A DNA stretch of 64,000 nt, taken from contig JAUCBJ010007215.1 of assembly GCA_032718475.1 (NCBI GenBank), forward strand, positions 23,632 through 87,631, in the 5' to 3' direction. The stretch comes from Nemertoderma westbladi (taxonomy: Eukaryota > Animalia > Xenacoelomorpha). A program made the position numbers and the translations under genes. This document shows positions 26,601 to 37,200 of the stretch, in pieces (position 1 is the first letter of the stretch; each line of letters begins with the position of its first letter). The notes beneath the pieces were generated by a model that saw only the letters and a list, made by a program, of their open reading frames with translations, ran no database searches and was not told where the DNA came from.

Positions 26601-29600
26601 TAAAGGAAATGCAACCACGAAGCTAAGGAAAATTAAACAAACGGCCACACTTTGGTTCGTTGCTTAGCCTCGCTTAGTAGCAATTGTCAATAATTAACTT
26701 CTATTCCCATGGAAACTAGAGTTCTCTGGAACTGTTGCTTTAACCTTTGAAAAAAAATTCAGTACAGATTGTGGTTCAGATAACACATATACTGAGTTTC
26801 AGAAAATACTAGAAAGGCATTTCCTAAAGGAAATGCAACCACGAAGCTAAGGAAAATTAAACACTCTTTGACTCATCAGTTCATTGATTTACCGAGTTAA
26901 AAGAACTCCCGGTATTGCCAAGGTAACTGGACTTTTCTAGAAATGCTGAGTTTTACATTACGATCTAGTTTGTGGTTCCAGGTGACACATCGACTTTAAG
27001 GAAGCTTCATTGAGTAGTTTATGTGCAAAATTAATTATTAATTTGTTAAAAAGTCTGTTTGCAGTGGTTGTCAAGGTAACTGGCAAATAGAAAAACGTAG
27101 ATTGGATGCAGAATAAGTGATATTATGGTGGTAGGGGTTGGTCCCAAGTCATAATGCCTTTAACTTGTGTTTCTAATTATAATTTTTTAAATTATAACAT
27201 CTGTTTAGCCTGGTTACCAAGGTAACTGGATTTTCTAATTAACCACAATTGGCTCCTCTAAGGACCTTCCTTATAGTTGAGTTGGGAAACCCAATATTTA
27301 TATCTAATACAGTTTTCCTACAAACAAGAGTTAACAATATAGACTTGAATGATATTGACTTTAATAAGTTCCAGTTACCATGGTAACTAGATATTTCTGG
27401 ACTGTTTTGAGTTTCACTAAAAGTTCCAACTAGTGGTCCAGATAACACATACCCAGTTTTGTAAAATTTTATCGTGAAGTCTATGTCCAAATGAGTAATT
27501 GTTGTATAAAAACATCTGTTTTCAGCGGTTGTCATGGTAACTGCAAAATAGAACAATCAAATTCGGACGCAGAATAAGTTATATAGTGGGGGTAGGGATT
27601 GGTCCCAAGTCATCACACCTTAACCTTAGGCTTCAAATTAACATTTTAAAAATTTTAACATCTGTTTAGCCCGGTTGCCTAGGTAACTGGATTTTCTATT
27701 TAACCTCAATCGGCTCTGCTATGGACCTTATAGTTGTGTTGAGAAACCCCAAGTTTACATGTATTATAGTTTTCCTACAAATAGAGTTACAAATATTGAC
27801 TTGAAATACATAGACTTTTTTCTAAGTCCGTTGCCATGGAAACCAGATTTTTCCTGGATATGAGACCCATCCCACACGACGCGCCTTGATGAGTTGTATA
27901 TACATGCAAAATTTCAGGATACTTTTAAAGGCTAGATTTTTCTGGAGTCAAAAAACACTAAATCTGCCCCATACAAGTAAAACAGCCCACTATGAATAGA
28001 CCATCTCAGCTAAGGAAAATCTTTCTTAGCGAAAGTAGTTGATTTTCCTTAGCTTCGTGGATTGTAGTTTATGTCCAGATTACCGATTTTCTATCAAATT
28101 GCATCTGTTTGCAGTGGTTGTCATGGAAACTGAAAAATAGAACAATGTAATTCGGATGCAGAATAAGTCATATTGTGGGGGTAGGGGTTAGTCCCAAGTC
28201 ATAATACTATTAACTTGTGCTTCAAATTATCATTTTATAAATTTTAACATCTGTTTAGACTTGTTGCTATGGTAACTGTATTTTCTAATTAACCTCAAAC
28301 GGCTTGGATATGGATCTTATAGATGAGTTGCAAAACCCCAAGTTTATATATATTACAGTTTTGCTACAAATAGAGTTATCAATATAGATTTGAATGATAT
28401 AGAGTTTAATAAACTACAGTTACCATGGTAACTAAATTTCTGGAATAATTTAAGTTTCACTAAAAGTTCCAACTCGTGGTCCAGATAACACATACCCAGT
28501 TTTGTAAAATTTTATCGTGAAGTCTATGTCCAAATGAATAAGTATTGAATAAAAACATCTGTTTTCAGCGGTTGTCATGGTAACTGAAAAATAGAACAAT
28601 GTAATTCGGATGCAGAATAAGTTATATAGTGGGGGTAGGGGTTGGTCCCAAGTCATAACACCTTAACCTTAGGCTTCAAATTAACATTTTATAAATTTTA
28701 ACATCTGTCTAGCCCGGTTGCCAAGGTAACTGGATTTTCTATTTAACCTCAATCGGCTCTGCTATGGACCTTATAGTTGTGTTGAGAAACCCCAAGTTTA
28801 TATCTATTATAGTTTTCCTACAAATAGAGTTTTAAATATTGACTTGAAATACATAGACTTTTTTCTAAGTCCGTTGCCATGGAAACCAGATTTTTCCTGG
28901 ATATGAGACCCAGCCCAAAAGATGCGCCTCGACGAGTAGTATATACATGCAAAATTTCAGGGTACTTTTAAAGGCTAGTTTTTTCACCTATCAAAAAAAA
29001 CCAAATCTGCCTCACACAAGTAAAATAGCCCACTATGAATAGACCATCTCAGCTAAGGAAAATCTTTCTTAGCGAAAGTAGTTGATTTTCCTTAGCTTCG
29101 TGGATAGACTTTAATAAACTCCAGTTACCATGGTAACAAGATATTTCTGGAATACTAGAAAGGCATTTCCTAAAGGAAATGCAACCACGAAGCTAAGGAA
29201 AATTAAACAAACGGCCACACTTTGGTTCGTTGCTTAGCCTCGTTTAGTAGCATTTGCCAATAATTAACTTATATTCCCATGGAAACTAGAGTTCTCTGGA
29301 ACTGTTGGTTTTACCTTTGAAAAAAGATTCAGTAAAGATTGTGGTTCAGACAACACATACCAAGTTTCAGAAAATATTGTAGTTTATGTCCAAATTACCG
29401 ATTTTCTATTAAAATGCAACTGTTTGCAGTGGTTGTCATGGAAACTGAAAAATAGAACAATGTAATTCGGATGCAGTCATATAATGGGGGTAGGTCTTGG
29501 TCCCAAGTCATAATACTATTAACTTGTGCTTCAATAATTATAATTTTATAAATTTTAACATCTGTTTAGTCTTGTTACTATGGTAACTGGATTGTGTAAT

Positions 29601-31217
29601 TAACGTGGAACGGCTTGTATATGGATGGACCTTATAGATGTGTTGCAAAACCCCAAATTTATATATATTACATTATTTTGCTACAAATAGAGTATTGAAT
29701 TTAGACTTGAATGATATAGACTTTAATAAACTCCAGTCACCATGGTAACTAGATATTTCTGGAATGTTTTCAGTTTCACCAAAAGTCCCAACTAGTGGTC
29801 CAGATAACACATACCCAGTTTCATAAAATTTTATCATGAAGTCTATGTCCAAATGAGTAATTTTTGCATAAAAACATCTGTTTTCAGCGGTTGTCATGGT
29901 AACTGCAAAATAGAACAATCAAATTCGGACGCAGAATAATTTATATAGTGGGGGTAGGGGTTGGTCCCAAGTAATAACACCTTAACCTTAGGCTTCAAAT
30001 TAACATTTTATAAATTTTAACATCTGTTTAGCCTGGTTGCCAAGGTAACTGGATTTTCTATTTAACTTCAATCGGCTCTGCTATGGACCTTATAGTTGAG
30101 TTGAGAAACCCCAAGTTTATATCTATTATAGTTTTCCTACAAATAGAGTTATAAATATTGACTTGAAATACATAGACTTTTTTTGAAGTCCGTTGCCATG
30201 GAAACCAGATTTTTCCTGGATATGAGACCCGGCCCAAAAGATGCGCCTCGTCGAGTAGTATATACATGCAAAATTTCAGGGTACTTTTAAAGGCTAGTTT
30301 TTTCACCTATCAAAAAAAACCAAATCTGCCTCACACAAGTAAAATAGCCCACTATGAATAGACTATCTCAGCTAAGGAAAATCTTTCTTAGCGAAAGTAG
30401 TTGATTTTCCTTAGCTTCGTGGATTTTCAGTTTCACTAAAAGTTCCAACTAGTGTTCCAGGTAACACATTCCCAGTTTCGTAAAATTTTATCGCGAAGTC
30501 TATGTCCAAATGAGTAATTTTTGTATAAAAACATCTGTTTTCAGCGGTTGTCATGGTAACTGCAAAATAGAACAATGAAATTCGGATGCAGAATAAGTTA
30601 TATAGTGGGGGTAGGGGTTGGTCCCAAGACATAACACCTTAACCTTAGGCTTCAAATTAACATTTTATAAATTTTAACATCTGTTTAGCCCGGTTGCCAA
30701 GGTAACTGGATTTTCTATTTAACCTCAATCGGCTCAGCTATGGACCTTATAGTGGTGTTGAGAAACCCCAAGTTTATATCTATTATAGTTTTCCTACAAA
30801 TGGAGTTATAAATATTGACTTGAAATACATGGGCTTTTTTCTAAGTCCGTTGCCATGGAAACCAGATTGTTCCTGGATATGAGACCCAGCCCAAAAGATG
30901 CGCGAGTAGTATATACATGCAAAATTTCAGGGTACTTTCAAAGGCTAGTTTTTTCCGGAATCAAAAAACCCCAAATCTGCCCCATACAAGTAAAATAGCC
31001 CTCTATGAATACACCATCTCAGCTAAGGAAAATCTTTCTTAGCGAAAGTAGTTGATTTTCCTTAGCTTCGTGGACTAGAAAGGCATTTCCTAAAGGAAAT
31101 GCAACCACGAAGCTAAGGAAAATTAAACAAACCGCCACACTTTGGTTCGTTGCTTAGCCTAGTTTAGTAGCATTTGCCAATAATTAACTAGAAAGGCATT
31201 TCCTTAAGGAAATGCAA

Positions 31218-31331
31218 AAGTCATGGGCTGTCCACCATGCTTATTCACTCCATGAGGCAGCCAAAGTACAAGATTATGCACTGGCTGGTCCTCACGGCGA
31301 AAGCAATGTCCTGCAAAGCGGAGGCGATTTT
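31218..31331 (-). mobile_element. RTE-like LINE fragment (3' part), continues at 63255
   Basis: Reverse complement of about 11864-11985 of the LINE at 9-12 kb (GGHC/AGHCFRREDQPV region). Confidence 0.85.
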
Positions 31332-32551
31332 GTGGGGCGAGCCACGAAGTGAGTGAGCCTTAGCGTAGTGGTACCATTAATCAACCTGTCGTTCTGTCGT
31401 TCTGTCGTGTTCAATTTTAAACGTTAATAACTCGGCCAATCTTTGATGAAATCTATCCAAACTTGGTACACATGTTGTTTGGCAAAAGTTTAGAAATTTT
31501 CCAAGTAGAATTTCCGTGTGGCCTTCGAGAAGCTAAGATAATAGCAGTTAATTAGTTAATTAAGTTGATTGCGGTGAAAACGCCATTTTCAACCTGCCTT
31601 TTAAAGGAAATTAATTGTTTTACAGTATAAGATTTAAATAATTATACTTAAAAATTATACAGATATAATCCCCATACGCCATTCTATTATAGTTTTTAAT
31701 TAGTTTAAGTGATTTGCTTTAATAAATGTGTCTTTAATTGATCTAAACGTAATTAAACCGCACAATTATTGAGTACAAATTTAATCCTTCCCATTATTGG
31801 TCAAGTCTCTGCTGGTGTGGAGCTAGCTGCTGGGAGTTGTGGCTGTAGACTGAGAGGAATTGTAATAGAGGCAACCAGTATTGCTATTCCAGCCCAATCA
31901 CTGAATTGTGTTTATTATAGGCTGGACGGGCCGCATAACCGTTCGACTATTACTACTATTGCTATCTCAGTTAAATGACAGATATAATAACATAAATACA
32001 ATCCATGGCATGGCTGTTGTAGGCTTCTGAAATAGTTTATTCCACAATGTATATGTCTGGTTATTTTTTAATTGAATTTTTGCAAAGTAGTAAAATTAAT
32101 GTTCTTAAAAATAATATTATTATTTTATATGTAACCTAGGAAATTAGCTACATTTTTTCGCTGCAGCTTTAAGAGTGTACATTGATTTAATATTATTTCA
32201 ATACCCATATTACTACATCGGCATAAGATGCGTTGGCGTTGTATCACACATCTCCACATATCACACATCTCCACATAGATGTATCAACAGTTACTCGCAC
32301 AGTTTCGAAACTTCGCATAGTTATAACTGTATAAAGATCGTCAGTCTGCGTTTAGGAAAAATATTTTATGACAAAACAGGACAAGCGACGAGCGCAACGA
32401 GGCATATAATGAAGACGAGTACTGCGTTGACTAAATTATTATATAAACCACCTGGCTTCACATATTGATCGCATCCCTAGTTATTATTATTATAAAGATC
32501 GTCCTAGCTTGCGTTTAAGAAATATATTTAAATACAAAACAGGACGAACGC

Positions 32552-34816
32552 TGTAAGGGTCCAGTAGTATACCGCTTACCAGATCCTAGTAACGATGTAT
32601 CTTACTATGAGACTCTAGTAATGTATACGGGCTTGTACAGTATCTGACAACAAATCCCAGTCCAGGATATCTAAACAAACAGATATAGTACACAAACGAC
32701 TACTGGCGAGGAACAGAGCCTTGTATCTATTCTATGTACGTGAGCGGGTCTAATGCTTACGTACTAGACAGAAGGATACCTGTCCTCTAACCGGTGAGGC
32801 AGATGTACAGTTACAGTAACAGACCAAACTCACGGGAAAACAATCCCCGCGCAGCGAATCCTAACTATCACTGACAGTCCTAAATACAGTAACTTGCCGC
32901 GGTGTGATTTATATGGTTTATATACGAGCTAGTGGGTTAACAGACCTAGCGTAACAATGCTGATCATCCCTGTCGAAATCAGCCTAAAGGTCGTGCCTAA
33001 ATGTAACAATAACTGATCCCCCTGTACGAAATCAGTCTAAAGGGTCAGGCCTAAATGTAACAATACCGTTGTCCAGACAAACAACAGTTTAATAACGAAA
33101 GTGAAATACTCCTTATATTGCCGCAACTAAATCAGATCCTAATTTTACAAATACAGATAATTTCCACCTAAAGTAATGTATAGTACGCTATAGCTAGTAG
33201 AACTTTAAGGGCAATATGTTTTAGGGCGTGTGTGTGTGGGTGTGTTACAAATAAAACAATTTCGTGTAATTCCTTTTACTAGGTTTTAGTGATTTTCTGA
33301 CTAAAATGATACCGTGCGCTAGCTACTAAAATAAACTAGTCGCGTTTGTAGAACTTTATACTCACGAATGACGTCAAAGCTCTCTCCTTCCTATCCACAA
33401 CCCAATGGGCAACCACAGTGTTAGTAACTACACCCGTGATCGGCACTAATACCAGATTCTGGTTGTAAGATAAGAATAGGGGTTAATCGCTACCGTACGT
33501 TAGCTGATCTGGTATACTAATTTATTTCTAGAACTTTGTTGCTGCGGTAGTTAGCAGCAATACCTATCAGTACGTGGCAAGGCGCGGTAGGATATTAATA
33601 AACCTCCCTAGGCCAAGCAGTGTGCCGGTAGCAGAAATGCTCCTTGCCTGATCAAATAGCTAACTCCAGACAGGGGGGGGGGGGGGGTACTAATGTACGT
33701 TCTACAAAGCGAACCGGTACCAAACAGTCAGTGCTATGAATCACTAAATTATGGAACGTATGCTGTCCATACCTAATGTGTACTCGCGTACTGACGAATG
33801 GCAATAGTTCGCACCTGTAGGAAGTACAGGTTAACCCAGGGGTTCGTAGGACTTGACAAAGGGGGGGGGGGGTTGTCTGGATATAATTATTTGATCCTAA
33901 ATTTGCGGCGTCCAGTACGGTGTCACGCTTACCCTGATCTATAGGTCTTACGGCGGGCAAGGGCGTCGAACAAAGTCTTACCTTCTCACAAAGCGGGCGC
34001 TGCATAGCAAGTGGAGTATTTCGAAGGGGGCAAAGGGGGTGCGCGGTCGATCCAATGTGGGCGCTAGCGTGTTGTGGACATCCCTTCCCTGCGTTGCTTA
34101 CGGCCTAACGATCTAGGCTGCCATCTCCCTGGTGTTCGGCTGTCCCGAAGTCGGACCAAAAGAAAACATGTCAGGAAATTGCAGTATATTTACAGTTTTA
34201 CAAAAGGATTTATCAAATAAAGTTTCAACAAGAAACCGAATTAACTAATTTTACAAGAATAAACGATATCAGGATGATAACAACAACATGATAACCGAAG
34301 GCAAACCGGCCTTTTATACTAGAAATTGCACATGGAAACTAAACAGAATTTTCCACAGCTTCACATTTGAGCAATGGAGTGCTTCGTGCCCTATGATTGG
34401 CCCAGCTCATCGTTCAACGCAGTCCGGCCCTTACACTAATCTGGGACATGGAATCCTAACAGAATTTTCCACTGCCTCACATTTGAGCAATAAGATAACT
34501 TATGCCCTATGATTGGCCTGGCTCATCATTCGCTACGCTGTACGCTTCTCATTGGCCTACCAATTAGCACCACACGAAAATAAATGGCCCCAAAATACAA
34601 ATTTCCCGACTGGGATTCGAACTCGTAACCTATGTAATGTAACCAACGCCTTAACCATCTGACCACTACGCCACGAGAGTATCTAAGGGTTTTATGTGTA
34701 CAAATATGAATAGGCATATTACATTACTGTAACTTAATCAAAATACGTCGGATTTTCAAAAGTTTTTACGTTAAAGTTAAACTACAAATGCTACCTTATA
34801 GTGAAATAATTCATCA
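32552..34816 (-). repeat. 3' LTR of the outer BEL element
   Basis: Matches 50206-51415 plus 61866-62925; on minus TGATGAA...CCCTTACA; TATAAAA at ~34312-34318 and CCAAT boxes at ~34396, 34512 and 34551 (minus). Confidence 0.9.
34602..34675 (-). pseudogene. tRNA-like sequence inside the LTR (second copy ~62711-62784)
   Basis: Minus strand TGGTCAGATGG (A-box-like)...GAGTTCGAATCC (B box); the acceptor stem does not pair. Confidence 0.5.
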
Positions 34817-35543
34817 CCGCTCCATGAAAACAGTAAGTAAGACTGTTTTCACCAATCGAAATATAAAATATTTACAAACTATTTCTAAATTTACTGGTAG
34901 GGCCTAAAATATAAAATATAATCACTATCTAATTATTGCATACTTAATATTGCAGATACGGCGTAAATACAATCGATCGTACATACAAATATAAATTTAC
35001 GAATTAACTTTAGTGCCTAAATACAAAAAAAAGGCTTTCGGTTATCAAGGTAAGCAAATTAAACAAATAAATCAAGCAAATCAAACAAATAAATCAAACT
35101 CTTTCGATAAATCTTTATATATTGTAAATATACATAATAAACCTTCACCAAATTAAATCTGTCCAAATATAATATAAACATAATGCGCTAATAACTTTCA
35201 ATAGTGTCCTCCTGACGATCTGAAAAGTTCGTCCTACTGGTCTGGATGTCTTCTCCTGAGCACCAATTGCTAACGGTAGGCTCGCAAGCCTTCCTTTCCA
35301 TATCTCGTCCTTCCAAACCCAACGTCCGATATAAATACCCAAATATAATATCCAAATATAAAATATCCAATATAAATATCCAATATAACATCCAAATATA
35401 ATATCTGAATATAATATCCTTTCTTCTCGCTTTCCTATTCCTTGGCCGACCGGGCTCGTCCACGTCCTCTAATACGATTGGGTGGTGGTCGAGGTCGAAC
35501 TGGGCTCGGACTTCGGCGTCGAGTTGTCGGTGGTTCCAAAACG

Positions 35544-35795
35544 CTAGGAAAGGGGACGACGGGAGATGAAACGACCGCCTTCTTGGTAATGCAGACTTTG
35601 GTGGTTTGGGCAACGCGCTAATATCGGTTCGGGGTTCTCGCAAACGTCGCTGGCGTCGCATAACGCATCGTAGGTGTACAACGCTTTGAACTCCGCGCGT
35701 AACTCCTCCGCTCTTTTGTTATAAGCGTCCAATCGCTTTCGCGTGATGTTTGGATCCGCCTTGGATTTAGCGAGCTTGGCTGTACTCCTAGCCAT
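35544..35795 (-). CDS. Possible small accessory ORF downstream of pol (83 aa)
   Basis: ATG-initiated MARSTAKLAKSK...RPLS in a GC-rich island within the AT-rich 3' region; no recognisable domain. Confidence 0.3.
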   Translation of the reverse strand: MARSTAKLAKSKADPNITRKRLDAYNKRAEELRAEFKALYTYDALCDASDVCENPEPILARCPNHQSLHYQEGGRFISRRPLS

Positions 35796-36583
35796 ACTCT
35801 CCACTCCAAACAGGTTAAAGTTTTGGCCCCATATCGGTTGAACGGCGCCTGGTGATCCTATTCCTGCGTGGATCCCTGATAATAGTGTTTCTACTAGAGG
35901 AAGCACAAACAGAGGTTAGATGTGAGGTGACTTAGAGTTTGTCGGCTTTTGGCTCAACTCTGCTCTAAACCCCAACCCATTTGCCTAATGACTTCGGGTT
36001 CGCGTGATTTCGCACTGGCCCCTAATCCAAAATTGTGCCGATAAAAAACGAATTCCGGGTAAACTAGCCGCGAGTCTAAAATACTCACCTTTTAATTTCC
36101 CAAACTACGTTTCCCAAGAAAAATAATGCAGTCGAGAATTAATTGGTCAAAATAATAGTAGACACGACTACGTAGAACAAGACCGATTTTCTTTTCCAAA
36201 AAAAATTTATCGGTAGGCTCGCAAGCCTTCCATCCGCTCTTGTCCTCCCCAATTTTAATTTTATCTAGCTGTATTCTAGAATTTGCTTTCACTGGAGAAT
36301 CGTTTTTCTTAAATTTAAATCCAACTAAATGGATTTGTCTAATAATTTTTGAAAAATTGTCTCACTTGTGGGTTCCAAGTGGAATTCCATTCCTACTGTA
36401 CACACAATCCCGCTCCTATGTGATACATAAGGGTACTACCCTCCATGTTCACGTATAAAGACAATGGAATTCCACCGCTGTCTCTATCTACAGTGAAGAG
36501 GATTACAAATGCACGTACAGTAATACAAATACAAATAACTAAAATACAGTAGGTCTATGTGGCGGCCAACAAAGGTCCCACAT

Positions 36584-37200
36584 CTATTTACTAATATTGG
36601 GTGGAGATTTGTAGTCTCCCGTCTCGTTTCTAGTCTCCTCAAGGAGTACGAGACGTTGTACAGGTCTGTCTACGGTACGTCCGTCGATAGTCCGTACAGT
36701 AACTGTCCTCACTACACCAGATGTAGGGTGCGTGGTCAAAATGACTCCAGTCAGCCAAAACCGTCTTTTCAGATTGGCTTCAGCCAATAAGACATGGTCA
36801 CCACGTCTTAAACACCGGGTATTTAGATACCAAGAGGTTCTGGTCGAAATAGAGGGCAAATAATATTTCTGCCATATTTCCCAGAATTTATTTGCAAGCA
36901 ATTGAGTGATTTTCCAAGCCTTGTTGCCGTATCCGTCACTATCAACGGGTACCGAAATGGGCAACAGTGTCGTCGGCGCCTGCATAAGCAGGTGCGCTGG
37001 TGTCAAGGCAAACTGTACGTCGTTATTGTCTGGGATCAAAGCGATCGGTCTGGTATTTAAGATTGCTTCGATTTCTATTAGTAACGTCGTCAGTTGGTCG
37101 TCTGTCAAGATGTGTTGCGTCGGTACGACTTTAGCCATAGCTGTCTTTATTGAGCCAATCAGCCTTTCCCAAACGCCGCCTCTCCACGGACTGTCTGTGG
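36584..37200 (-). CDS. pol: Integrase C-terminal part (frameshifted continuation of pol)
   Basis: DSPWRGGVWERLIGSIK, EIEAILNTRP, LTPAHLL and GVVRTVTV...RPVQRLVLLE; a 1-nt indel near 37197 splits WFFNTP|DSPW. Confidence 0.9.

Larger units (their letters stand above)
12451..31217 (-). mobile_element. Nested cluster of ~13 non-autonomous Helitrons (~1.27 kb unit)
   Basis: On minus each copy starts TCCACGAAG and ends GCATTTCC-TTTA-GGAAATGC-CTTT-CTAG (variants CTCG/CTTG), inserted at A|T with no TSD. Copies: 12451-14575, 14578-31074 (split host), 17854-19129, 19185-20451, 20452-21719, 21777-23044, 23045-24120 (partial), 24240-25507, 25547-26491, 26585-29104, 26809-28061, 29155-30423; stubs at 31075 and 31188. 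Confidence 0.9.

Noticed and set aside
18018-30632. Recurrent 60-105 aa ORFs (MYILLDEAHLL..., MTWDQPLPP...)
   Set aside because: Chance frames repeated because the Helitron unit is repeated; no Rep or helicase motifs.
34602-34675. Functional tRNA gene or element-encoded tRNA primer
   Set aside because: No paired acceptor stem, and its 3' end is not complementary to the sequence after the 5' LTR.
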